Assembly (NCBI GenBank): GCA_051252135.1
Contig: JBPOGH010000010.1
Span: 96,001-160,000 of the forward strand
Direction: 5' to 3'
DNA length: 64,000 nucleotides
From: Verrucomicrobiaceae bacterium
GTDB taxonomy: Bacteria > Verrucomicrobiota > Verrucomicrobiia > Verrucomicrobiales > Akkermansiaceae
Part shown: positions 47,654 through 56,791 of the stretch, in pieces
Position numbering within the stretch: the first letter of the stretch is position 1
Layout: every line of letters begins with the position of its first letter
Made by a program: the position numbers and the translations under genes
Notes under the pieces: model-generated
The model's input: only the letters and a program-made list of their open reading frames with translations
What the model was told of the DNA's origin: nothing
The model's database searches: none

Positions 47654-47884
47654 ATGAATGCCTGGATCAAATGCCCGACCTGTGGAGGAGTCCTGAAAGC
47701 CCAACCCGGCGTATCGGAAGGACCCTGTGTTTTTTGTGAAACCGTTCTGCGCGTGAATGTGCAGGTGGCCGTGGTGTCCGGTGAAGGTTCCGAGAGCGAG
47801 ATCGGGCTGCGTGAGGTGGGTGGAGGGAGCCCGTTGCTTCGCACCCCGCTTCCCAAATTGACGCGGAGTGGCAAGTCGGTTTAG
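47654..47884 (+). CDS. Small Zn-ribbon protein, possibly a fragment
   Basis: CPTCG...CVFCE in a 76-aa ORF. Confidence 0.4.
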   Translation: MNAWIKCPTCGGVLKAQPGVSEGPCVFCETVLRVNVQVAVVSGEGSESEIGLREVGGGSPLLRTPLPKLTRSGKSV

Positions 47885-47975
47885 TGGGCGGGCGTAATTG
47901 GAGAAAAGTCCGCTTGCGGCGATTTCCTGTTAGGGTAGGTGTGTATTCGCGTATTGGAGAGATCGCACACACTTT

Positions 47976-49046
47976 ATGAGTTCTTCTTTGACTGTAGCCG
48001 AAGCCCGGGAGCAATTGGATGCCCGCACCCGTGAAATGATCAACTGGCATTTTTCGCCGGAAACGGGATGTCCCTACTGGCTTGATTGGGCCAAGAATGC
48101 GGGGTGGGATCCCCGGGAAAAGGTGACGAAGTTTGCCGACATGTTGCATTTTGACAATTTCGATGACGAAGTGCTGCGGAAAGAGGATCCGGCGAAGTTT
48201 ATTCCGAAGGCGTATGAAGGGCGTCCTTACAATGTTTTCGAGACCGGTGGTACGACCGGGATGCCGAAGCAGCGGATTGGATGGGAAGACTACAAGACGG
48301 ATTACACCGAGTTTTCCGAGCATTACGGTCCCGACTTTTTCCCGCAGGGAGCGAATTGGCTGATGGTGGGGCCGACGGGGCCGCGTCGGTTGCGTTTGGC
48401 GATTGAGCATTTGGCGAACATCCGGGGAGGGGCGTGTTACTTTATCGATCTGGATCCCCGCTGGGTGAAGCGGCTGATTGGGATGGGGGAGATGCAGATG
48501 GCGAAGGCTTATCAGGAGCACGTGATTGATCAGGCGGTGACGATTATTCGGCATCGGGACATCAAATGCATTTTTACGACGCCGAGGCTTCTTGAGAGTC
48601 TCTCGTTGCGGATGTCGCTCGCGGACGCGGGGATTCGCGGGGTGTTTGCGGGGGGGACGACGATGACTCCGCAGTATGTGAAGTTTATTCAGGAGGAGGT
48701 ATTGGAAGGAAAGATCAACTACGCGCCGACCTACGGGAATACCTTGATGGGGCTCGCGATTTCGAAGAAGCGTGAGCCGGGTGAGTATTCGCTGACCTAC
48801 TACGCGCCCCAGCCTCGTGCGACGCTGCGGGTGGTGGATCCGAAGGATTCGACGAAGATGGTGGAGTATGGTGAATACGGTCGGGTGGAGCTGACGACGA
48901 TGACGAACGAGTTTTTTGTGCCGCGCTTCCTGGAGCGTGATGAGGCGATTCGGCGTCCCGAGTGTGAGGAATTTCCCTGGGATGGAGTGGGCGATGTGCG
49001 GCCGTTCCAATCGGGGACGAAGGCGGTGATTGAGGGAGTTTATTAA
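47976..49046 (+). CDS. EhpF/GriC-like adenylate-forming enzyme
   Basis: WHFSPETGCPYWL, FETGGTTGMPK P-loop, GPTGP, YGNTLMG, RFLERD. Confidence 0.75.
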   Translation: MSSSLTVAEAREQLDARTREMINWHFSPETGCPYWLDWAKNAGWDPREKVTKFADMLHFDNFDDEVLRKEDPAKFIPKAYEGRPYNVFETGGTTGMPKQRIGWEDYKTDYTEFSEHYGPDFFPQGANWLMVGPTGPRRLRLAIEHLANIRGGACYFIDLDPRWVKRLIGMGEMQMAKAYQEHVIDQAVTIIRHRDIKCIFTTPRLLESLSLRMSLADAGIRGVFAGGTTMTPQYVKFIQEEVLEGKINYAPTYGNTLMGLAISKKREPGEYSLTYYAPQPRATLRVVDPKDSTKMVEYGEYGRVELTTMTNEFFVPRFLERDEAIRRPECEEFPWDGVGDVRPFQSGTKAVIEGVY

Positions 49047-49155
49047 AAGTTTTCAGTGTGAAGTGTTCAGTTTGAAGCCTTGGGCTCTGTTTTGCACTTC
49101 GAACATTCTTTCCCGTCTAGTCTTTCAAACTTCCAACCGAACATTTTTAACTTCA

Positions 49156-50568
49156 ATGCAAATTCCAATCCTGCGCCTTGGCGAAACTTATGAGTCGGCT
49201 GACCTCGTCGAGCTGAATGAAAATCTGGTGACGCATACTGCGAATCCGGGGTTGATCCGGCGTGATCTGCTGCGTATTTCGGAGTCGAAGGCGGCGCTCG
49301 ATGCGATTCCAGCGGAGACGCTGGCGGATTATTGTGAGGCGGCGGCGGAGCTTTTTATGCATGCCGATCTTCCTTGTGGTGACTCGATCCAGGGTCCGCA
49401 GGATTATGTTGAGGCGCTCTCTGATTTGACGCGACTTCCCCACACCTTGGTGAGGATGAACATGGGGAAAATTCATGCGGCGATGTCGCAGATTCGCACG
49501 GTGATAGGCGGGTTGACGCGGGGGATGTCGCTGGAGATTTTTGACCGGGGGATTGCTTCGGTGGGCGATCTGGAGGTGAATTACTATCCGGCGACGAGTT
49601 CGTTGGGGGTTTCGCTGCCGAGCAATGCGCCGGCGGTGAACTCGCTGTGGATTCCGGCATTGGTGATGAAGATTCCGGTGCTGCTGAAGCCGGGACGTGA
49701 GGATCCGTTTACGCCTTTGCGGATTGTGCAGGCGATGATTCAGGCGGGTTTTCCGAAGGAGGCGTTCGGGTATTATCCGACGACGCACGAGGGTGGTGAC
49801 ACCTTGCTGACTTCCTGTGGAGCCGGTATTTCGTTTGGCTCGGATGTGACGGTGCGGAAGTATGCGCCCTTTAAGACGATTCAGGTGCACGGAACGGGGC
49901 GTTCGAAGATTTTGATCGGGAATGATTTCATCGACCGATGGGAAGATTATCTCGATGTGCTGGTGACTTCGATTTCGGCCAATGGCGGTCGGAGTTGCAT
50001 CAACACCTCGGCGATTTTGGTGCCGTCGCACGGGGCTGAGATTGCGGATGCCCTGGCAGCGAGGCTGGCGGAGATCGAGCCGTTGGCGCGTGATGACGGG
50101 AATGCGTTGTTGTGTGGCTTTGCGAATACGGATTTGGCGGACGGGATTGACGGGATGATCGAAGGACTTCTGGAGGAAGAGGGGGCCGAGGATGTGACGG
50201 CGCGGCATCGCAAGGGGGCGCGGAAGGTGGAAGCCTTTGAGCAGACTTATCTTTGTCCGACGCTGGTGGCTTGTGATGACAAGGATCACCCGCTGGCCAA
50301 CACCGAGTTCATGTTTCCGTATGCGAGTATCGTGGAGATGCCGCAAGAGGAGATGCTGGCCAACATTGGCGAGACGCTGGTGGTGAGTGCCTTTACCGAG
50401 GACAAGGAATGGATTCAGCAATTGATGCTGAGTCCGGATATTGAGCGCCTCAACATTGGACCGTTTCCGACGAACCGGGTGCAGTGGGAGCAGCCGCATG
50501 AGGGGAATCTTTTTGAGTTCCTTTATCATCGGAGAGCGATTCAGGGTGATCTTTCGGCGGTGCGTTAA
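49156..50568 (+). CDS. EhpG/GriD-like aldehyde dehydrogenase/acyl reductase family protein
   Basis: LPSNAPAVN, LKPG.EDPFT, HGTGRSKI, NGGRSCINTS (catalytic Cys), EFMFP, PHEGNLFEFL. Confidence 0.78.
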   Translation: MQIPILRLGETYESADLVELNENLVTHTANPGLIRRDLLRISESKAALDAIPAETLADYCEAAAELFMHADLPCGDSIQGPQDYVEALSDLTRLPHTLVRMNMGKIHAAMSQIRTVIGGLTRGMSLEIFDRGIASVGDLEVNYYPATSSLGVSLPSNAPAVNSLWIPALVMKIPVLLKPGREDPFTPLRIVQAMIQAGFPKEAFGYYPTTHEGGDTLLTSCGAGISFGSDVTVRKYAPFKTIQVHGTGRSKILIGNDFIDRWEDYLDVLVTSISANGGRSCINTSAILVPSHGAEIADALAARLAEIEPLARDDGNALLCGFANTDLADGIDGMIEGLLEEEGAEDVTARHRKGARKVEAFEQTYLCPTLVACDDKDHPLANTEFMFPYASIVEMPQEEMLANIGETLVVSAFTEDKEWIQQLMLSPDIERLNIGPFPTNRVQWEQPHEGNLFEFLYHRRAIQGDLSAVR

Positions 50569-50574
50569 ATCGAT

Positions 50575-51624
50575 ATGCAGACCATTCTTCATGGGCCGGG
50601 TTCACTTGCGGAACTACCGGCGCACGTTTCCGGCAGGGCGCTGATTGTGACCGACGGCGGGATTGTGGCGGCGGGTCATGTGGCGAGGGCGGAAGCTCTT
50701 TTGAGCGAGGTGGTGGTTTACGATCGGGTTCATGAAAACCCGACGGAGTCCGATGTGGCGGCGTGTGCGGACTTTGCGCGGGAGGTGAAACCGGATGTGA
50801 TCATTGGGTTGGGTGGAGGGAGTTCGATGGACACGGCGAAGGGGACGCTTTTTTTGCTGAGTGGTGGCGGGCGGATGTCCGATTACCAGGGGCACGGGAA
50901 GGCGAAGGGGGAGATGTTGCCATTTATTGCGATTCCGACGACGGCGGGGACGGGGAGCGAATGTCAGAGTTATGCAGTGCTGAGTCGGGACGGGTCGCAT
51001 GAGAAGATGGCGTGCGGCGATGTGCGGGCGTTGGCGAAGGTGGTGATTTTGGATGCGGAACTGACGGAATCGATGCCGCTGAAGGTGGCGCGACTGACGG
51101 CGCTGGATGCGCTTTCCCATGCGTTGGAGAGTGCGGTGTGTACGAAGGCGACGCCGGAATCGAGGGAGGTGAGCATTGCGGCCTTTCGAAAGATTGAGCC
51201 GGTGATTGAGGCGGTGCTGAGAGGAGAGGCGACCACGGAGCAGCGGGGAGATATGTTGCAGGGGGCGGCGTTGGCGGGGCAGGCGATTGAGGCGAGCATG
51301 CTGGGGGCGGGCCATGCGATGGCGAATCCGCTGACGGCGCACTTTGGGGTGGTGCATGGGCGTGCGGTGCTGACGATGTTGCCGGCGGTGATGCGTTGGA
51401 ATGCGGAGGTGGTGGGCGATGTTTATGGGGGATTGAGGGATGAGTTGATTTCGTGGGTGGAGCACTTGAGAGAAGTGGCGGAGCTGGCTCCGGTGAGGGT
51501 GGAGGCGGAAATGATTCCGGTGTTGGCGAAGGAGGCGATGAAGCAATGGACGGGGCAGTTTAATCCGCGGACCTTGAGTGAGGAGGATTTTGTGTCAGTC
51601 TACCGGCATGCGTTGGGACATTAG
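50575..51624 (+). CDS. Iron-containing alcohol dehydrogenase
   Basis: GLGGGSSMDTAK, IPTTAGTGSE, DALSHALES, GHAMA, HG. Confidence 0.92.
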   Translation: MQTILHGPGSLAELPAHVSGRALIVTDGGIVAAGHVARAEALLSEVVVYDRVHENPTESDVAACADFAREVKPDVIIGLGGGSSMDTAKGTLFLLSGGGRMSDYQGHGKAKGEMLPFIAIPTTAGTGSECQSYAVLSRDGSHEKMACGDVRALAKVVILDAELTESMPLKVARLTALDALSHALESAVCTKATPESREVSIAAFRKIEPVIEAVLRGEATTEQRGDMLQGAALAGQAIEASMLGAGHAMANPLTAHFGVVHGRAVLTMLPAVMRWNAEVVGDVYGGLRDELISWVEHLREVAELAPVRVEAEMIPVLAKEAMKQWTGQFNPRTLSEEDFVSVYRHALGH

Positions 51625-52786
51625 AGTGGTTGTAGGAGGTGCGGCGTCACTGGTTCTTTTGGGTGCCTGTGATTCGGGCAAGGATTCCGGCGTGGCTGAA
51701 GGAGGGAAGCAGGGGGAAGAGGTGGCCTGGACGCGGGTCGATTGGCCGGGAGCGCGGGGCGGAAGCGGGCTTTCCGGGACGGTGGGGGATGCGGTGATTC
51801 GGGCGCCCCGGGTGGCGTGGACTTTCAAGACCGAGGCTCCGATTGCGGGAGAAGCGGTGGAGTCGGGATCGACAGTGGTTTTTGGAAATGATCTGGGGTG
51901 GCTCTACGCGCTCGATACCGGGAACGGGGAGTTGATTTGGAAGAAGGAATTTGAGGATGCGATTGAGGCGGCTCCGGCGATTCACGGTGATTTGGTTTTT
52001 GTGGGGTGTCAGGATTCGTTTCTCTACGCGCTCGATTTGGCGACGGGGGAAGAGCGGTGGAAGCTGGAGACGAATGACAAAATTACGGCCGGGGTGAATC
52101 TCACGGAAAGCCCTGATGGGGAGAAGATGTGGGTGATTCTCAACGGATATGACGGGGCCTGCCGGGCGATCGATGCGGTGACGGGCGAGCAAATTTGGAT
52201 TCACCAAACGGACGAATACATCAATGGGACTCCGGCGATTGTGAATGGGGAGAAAGTGATCTTTGGGGGATGTGACCGGGTTCTTTATACGCTCGATCTG
52301 GCAACGGGTGAGGCGTTGAAGCAGATCGAGACGGATGCGGAGATTGTCTCGACGGTGGCGACGGCGGGGTCGTTTGTGGCGTGGGGGAACTACGGGAACG
52401 AAGTGCTGGCGGCGGATGTGGAACAAGGGGGGACGATGTGGACCTACACGGACCGAAAGTTTCCCTTTATGAACGCTCCGGCGATTAACGACACCCAAGT
52501 GTTGATCGGGTGCCGGGATAAGAAGATGCACGCGATTTCCCGAGCCGAGGGGAAGGCGCTTTGGCAATACAAGACGGGGGGGCGGGTGGAGTCATCGCCT
52601 CTTCTGTTTACGGATGCGGTGGTGTTTGGCTCCACGGATGGTCGACTTTATGGGCTGGAGCTTGAGAAAGGGGAGGAGATTTGGAAGTTGGACCTTGGTG
52701 AGTCGGTGATTGCGGCACCGAGTTTTGCGGATGGGACGATCTATGTGGGAGGTGAGGATGGGACTTTGTTTGCGGTGCGGGATTAA
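51608..52786 (+). CDS. PQQ-like beta-propeller (BamB-like) lipoprotein
   Basis: Lipobox LGAC; about 8 repeats of P.......G..DG.LYALD..TGE..W. Confidence 0.85.
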   Translation: MRWDIRVVVGGAASLVLLGACDSGKDSGVAEGGKQGEEVAWTRVDWPGARGGSGLSGTVGDAVIRAPRVAWTFKTEAPIAGEAVESGSTVVFGNDLGWLYALDTGNGELIWKKEFEDAIEAAPAIHGDLVFVGCQDSFLYALDLATGEERWKLETNDKITAGVNLTESPDGEKMWVILNGYDGACRAIDAVTGEQIWIHQTDEYINGTPAIVNGEKVIFGGCDRVLYTLDLATGEALKQIETDAEIVSTVATAGSFVAWGNYGNEVLAADVEQGGTMWTYTDRKFPFMNAPAINDTQVLIGCRDKKMHAISRAEGKALWQYKTGGRVESSPLLFTDAVVFGSTDGRLYGLELEKGEEIWKLDLGESVIAAPSFADGTIYVGGEDGTLFAVRD

Positions 52787-52842
52787 TTTTCACGGGACGG
52801 TGAATAAAGCGGAGCGGGATTTCGTTTCACGGGGATCGACCT

Positions 52843-53886
52843 ATGAAAGCTTACCTCCTTCTGCCGTTTTGTGCCTTTCTTGCTGTTTCCTGTAGCGAGG
52901 ATGAGCCTGTTGAGAAGGTGGTGGATGGCGATGGGGAGTACATCGATTTGCTTGAGGAGCGGTTGGGTTCGATGGAGGAGTCGTTGGTGAGGTTGACCCG
53001 GCAACTGGAGGAAGCGGAGAAGCGCGAGCATGAGGTGGTGGCGCTGCCGGAAGAGACGCCGGAGCCCGAGCCGGTGGTGGTGATTCCGGAGGAGAAGAAG
53101 CCGACACGGAACACGCGGCTGCCGGACGAGGAGAAAATGGCTCTGGAAAAGAGTCGGCGGGCGGTGCGGATGGAAGCGCAGGGGGAGGAGCTGGGGACGG
53201 TGCATACCTTGGATGGGCGGACCCTTCACGATGTGAGGATTACGCGGGTGACGGATGTGGGGCTTGAGGTGTGGCATCGCGATGGGACGGCGCGATTGCG
53301 TTTTGATGGGCTGCCGGGAGATTATGGGTCACGGTTTTTTTATGTGCCTGAGTTGGCGTTGAAGGCGTTGCAACTGGAGCGACTGGCTGAGTTGGAGCGG
53401 AGCCGACGGATTCGTGATGCCGCGGTGTCGCAGCTTCGGGCCGAGACGCGTCGTCGTGAAGCAGCCTTGGCCAAGCGGGTGTCGGAACTGGAAGATTCCC
53501 GGAATGAGATGGTCGGCGGAGGATTTGTCGGGGTTGTGAACCAGCCTCAAGTCGTGAACCAACCTCCGGTGGTGATTAACGAGCCATATTGTCCGCCCAA
53601 TGAGACGGTGGTGGTTCAGCGTCCGGTGGTGGTGGTGAACAGGCCACAAACACCGGCGTATTGTCCGCCGGTGGTGGTGACGCCTCAGCGGCCCCGCCCC
53701 ACTTCCCGTCCGACGACTTTTCCGACTCCGAAGCCAAGACCAACGGTGACGCCCCAGAAGCCGCCCCGCCCTACGGTAGTGACTCCGGCTCCGCGTCCGG
53801 TTCCGGTTTACACCCGGCCTACGCCCGCGCAGGGGAATCGGGGAGGCGGGAGTCCGCAGCCCTTGCCGAAGAGTTTTCGAAAGTAG
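52843..53886 (+). CDS. Hypothetical lipoprotein with Pro/Val/Thr-rich tail
   Basis: Lipobox AVSC, coiled coil, TLDGRTLHDVRITRVTDVGL.V.H..G domain, low-complexity C-terminus. Confidence 0.7.
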   Translation: MKAYLLLPFCAFLAVSCSEDEPVEKVVDGDGEYIDLLEERLGSMEESLVRLTRQLEEAEKREHEVVALPEETPEPEPVVVIPEEKKPTRNTRLPDEEKMALEKSRRAVRMEAQGEELGTVHTLDGRTLHDVRITRVTDVGLEVWHRDGTARLRFDGLPGDYGSRFFYVPELALKALQLERLAELERSRRIRDAAVSQLRAETRRREAALAKRVSELEDSRNEMVGGGFVGVVNQPQVVNQPPVVINEPYCPPNETVVVQRPVVVVNRPQTPAYCPPVVVTPQRPRPTSRPTTFPTPKPRPTVTPQKPPRPTVVTPAPRPVPVYTRPTPAQGNRGGGSPQPLPKSFRK

Positions 53887-53940
53887 CCTATTGAGGCAAG
53901 TCGGGGTGGCGTTTTGGTCCGTCAGGGCTTAGAACGGGGC

Positions 53941-55305
53941 ATGCGTCAGTCGGTGAAACATCTTCTCGCCCGTGAGTCCGCGGGTTCTACGGTTGAACTT
54001 TGCGGGTGGGTGAGGACCCGTCGGGATTCCAAGGGGTTTTCCTTTATGGAGGTGAACGATGGTTCGTGTCTGCAGGGAATTCAGGTGATCATTGACGAGG
54101 GAATTCCGGGATCGGAGGAGGTGACGAAGATGGCGACGGGGGCCTCGGTTCGGGTGATTGGTGATTTGGTGGAGAGTCCGGGGAAGGGTCAGAAGTGGGA
54201 AGTTCGGGCGAAGGAGGTGGAGTTGACGGGGGGGGTGCTGGAGGATTTTCCGCTGCAGAAGAAGGGTCATACGCCGGAGTTTTTGAGGTCGATCGCGCAC
54301 CTGAGGCCGAGGACGAATCTTTACGGGGCGGTGTTCCGGATGCGGAGTCGGCTTTCCTATGCGGTGCATCGTTTTTTCAACGAGCGGGATTTTGTGCATG
54401 TGCACACGCCCATTATTACGGCGAGTGATTGCGAGGGGGCGGGGGAGATGTTCCGGGTGACGACGCTTGATCCGGAGAAGGGGGGCGCGAAGTACGAAGA
54501 CGACTTTTTTGAGAAGGCGGCTTATCTGACGGTGAGCGGGCAGTTGGAGGGGGAGACGTATGCGTGCGCGCTCTCGAACATTTATACTTTCGGTCCGACG
54601 TTTCGGGCGGAGAATTCCAACACGACGCGGCATGCGGCGGAGTTCTGGATGATTGAGCCCGAGATGGCGTTTTGTGATCTGGAGGGGGATATGGATTTGG
54701 CGGAGGAGTTTATGAAGTTTCTGGTGAAGGATGTGCTGGAAAACAATGAGGGTGATTTGTCGATCTTTGAAAAGTTTGTGGACAAGGGCTTGAGGGAGCG
54801 GCTGGAGAAGCTGGCGGCGAGCGGGTTCGAGCGGATGAGTTACACGGAGGCGGTGGAGCGGCTGGAGAAATCGGGCAAGGATTTCAAGTATCCGGTGGAA
54901 TGGGGGATCAATTTGCAGTCGGAACACGAGCGCTATCTCTGCGAAGAAGTGGTGAAGGGGCCGTTGACGGTTTACAACTATCCGAAGGAGATTAAGCCGT
55001 TCTACATGCGCGCGAATGACGATGGAAAGACAGTGACGGCGATGGATGTATTGGTGCCGGGAGTGGGAGAGATCATTGGCGGGAGTCAACGAGAGGAGCG
55101 CTATGATTTGCTTAAGGAAAAGATGGAGGAAGATGGCCTCGATCTGGAAAATTACGGCTGGTATCTCGACCTGCGGAAGTATGGGACGGTGCCGCATGCG
55201 GGATTTGGAGCCGGCTTTGAGCGGTTGCTGATGTACGTCACGGGGATGCAGAATATCCGGGACGTGATTCCCTTTGCCCGGACGCCGGGGCACTGCGAGT
55301 TTTAG
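53941..55305 (+). CDS. asnS: Asparagine--tRNA ligase
   Basis: [45 protein letters not shown]. Confidence 0.97.
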   Translation: MRQSVKHLLARESAGSTVELCGWVRTRRDSKGFSFMEVNDGSCLQGIQVIIDEGIPGSEEVTKMATGASVRVIGDLVESPGKGQKWEVRAKEVELTGGVLEDFPLQKKGHTPEFLRSIAHLRPRTNLYGAVFRMRSRLSYAVHRFFNERDFVHVHTPIITASDCEGAGEMFRVTTLDPEKGGAKYEDDFFEKAAYLTVSGQLEGETYACALSNIYTFGPTFRAENSNTTRHAAEFWMIEPEMAFCDLEGDMDLAEEFMKFLVKDVLENNEGDLSIFEKFVDKGLRERLEKLAASGFERMSYTEAVERLEKSGKDFKYPVEWGINLQSEHERYLCEEVVKGPLTVYNYPKEIKPFYMRANDDGKTVTAMDVLVPGVGEIIGGSQREERYDLLKEKMEEDGLDLENYGWYLDLRKYGTVPHAGFGAGFERLLMYVTGMQNIRDVIPFARTPGHCEF

Positions 55306-55385
55306 GGGTCGCCGGGGTGATCAAGGAGGATGAGGCCTTGGACGGGGGGGTGTTTTGATGAGATCGTGAGTGAATTCTTTAGCGC

Positions 55386-55712
55386 TCAGCGAAGTTGTTC
55401 GCGGAGGGTGTGGAGTTCCTGTTCGCGGGCTTCGAGGCTGTCGAGGAGGCTGGCGATGTAGCGGGTCATGCGCAGGCTGATTTGTTCGTGCTGCCGGAGG
55501 TGGGCGAGTTGGCGGAGGCGGGTGATGCCGGAAGGGTCAAAAAAGATTACGCCAGCTGAATCCTTAAAGGCGTGCACAAGACTTCCACGGAGGAATTCTT
55601 CGATCATTTCGGGGTGGAGTCCGGTGATCTCAGCGGCCTCGGATAGAGAGGTGAAGACCGAGTCCGGTTCAGAGGACTCGGAAACGGTGATGAGTTGGTA
55701 GTGGCAAGTCAT
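55386..55712 (-). CDS. cbpM: Chaperone modulator CbpM (MerR-like)
   Basis: MerR-type HTH with C-terminal coiled coil, directly downstream of cbpA. Confidence 0.7.
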   Translation of the reverse strand: MTCHYQLITVSESSEPDSVFTSLSEAAEITGLHPEMIEEFLRGSLVHAFKDSAGVIFFDPSGITRLRQLAHLRQHEQISLRMTRYIASLLDSLEAREQELHTLREQLR

Positions 55713-55727
55713 GGTTTTCGGGCTCGG

Positions 55728-56657
55728 TTAGGATTGGGAAGAAAGTTCGGCGAGTTTTTGCCAATGGGTCTTCTGTTCGTCGGTGAGGGAGGCGGGGAGA
55801 GTGAGGTGGACCACGGCGTAGAGATTCCCCACGGTCCCGGATGTTCCCCGGGGGAGACCTTTGCCTTTGATCCGTAGCTCCGTGCCTCCTTCGGTGAGTG
55901 GGGGGACTTTGATGCGAATGGAGCCGTTCATGGTTTTGACAGGAAGCTCGGCACCAAGGACGGCCTGCCAGGGGAGGACGGAGAGATCGGTGTAGAGATC
56001 GGAGCCGACGACGCGGAAGTCGGGATGGCGTTCGAGCCGGACGTGAAGGAAGAGGTCGCCTGCGGGGCCTCCATTAAGGCCGGGGTTTCCGAGTCCGGCG
56101 CAGCGAATGAGTTGGCCTTCACTGATGCCCTTGGGGATGCGGATGCGCGAGGTTTTGAGTTCGCGCGCTCCGGTGGCGCGATTGACTTGCTGGAGCTGGA
56201 GGCTGCGTTCGGTTCCGTTGAGGACTTCTTCGAGGCGGACCAGAATATCGGCATGGGCATCTTGTCCCGGAATGGGGGCGTTGCCACCGGGGTGCCCGGA
56301 GTAGGAGTGGAAGCTGCCGGGGCCAGGACGTGCGCCGGCTCCGAACATTTGCTCAAAGAAATCACTGAAGCCGGTGCCGGTGTATTCGTATTCGTAGCCG
56401 GAGGCGTCTTGTTGCGGGCGCGCGTGCCCGGCATTCTGCCAGTCAGGTCCCAAGGTGTCGTATTTCTTCCGCTTTTCCTGATCGCCAAGGACTTCGTAGG
56501 CTTCGTTGATTTCCTTAAATTTGTCTTCGGCGGTATCCTTGTCTTCGGCGACATCGGGGTGGTATTTGCGAGCGAGTTTTTTGAAGGCCTTGCGGACTTC
56601 GTCATGAGTGGCGTCTTTTTTGATCCCGAGGATTTCGTAGTAGTCGCGGTAATTCAT
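55728..56657 (-). CDS. cbpA: Class B J-domain protein (CbpA-like)
   Basis: DYYEILG, KYHPD, FKEINEAYEVL, FSDFFE, no Zn finger, DnaJ C-terminal domain. Confidence 0.88.
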   Translation of the reverse strand: MNYRDYYEILGIKKDATHDEVRKAFKKLARKYHPDVAEDKDTAEDKFKEINEAYEVLGDQEKRKKYDTLGPDWQNAGHARPQQDASGYEYEYTGTGFSDFFEQMFGAGARPGPGSFHSYSGHPGGNAPIPGQDAHADILVRLEEVLNGTERSLQLQQVNRATGARELKTSRIRIPKGISEGQLIRCAGLGNPGLNGGPAGDLFLHVRLERHPDFRVVGSDLYTDLSVLPWQAVLGAELPVKTMNGSIRIKVPPLTEGGTELRIKGKGLPRGTSGTVGNLYAVVHLTLPASLTDEQKTHWQKLAELSSQS

Positions 56658-56791
56658 GTTGGTTTTAAATCAGGCGGTGGCGTCCGGAACCCAGGCGGAA
56701 GATCGGAAAGAATTGGCCGAGGTAGGGGACGTCAAATTCGAATAAAGACTACCACATTCAAAAGGGGGGGCGGTGAAAAAGGTGAGAAAGT

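Noticed and set aside
47976..50568. luxE/luxC bioluminescence genes
   Set aside because: No luxA/B/D in the window, and the motifs fit EhpF/GriC and GriD types better.
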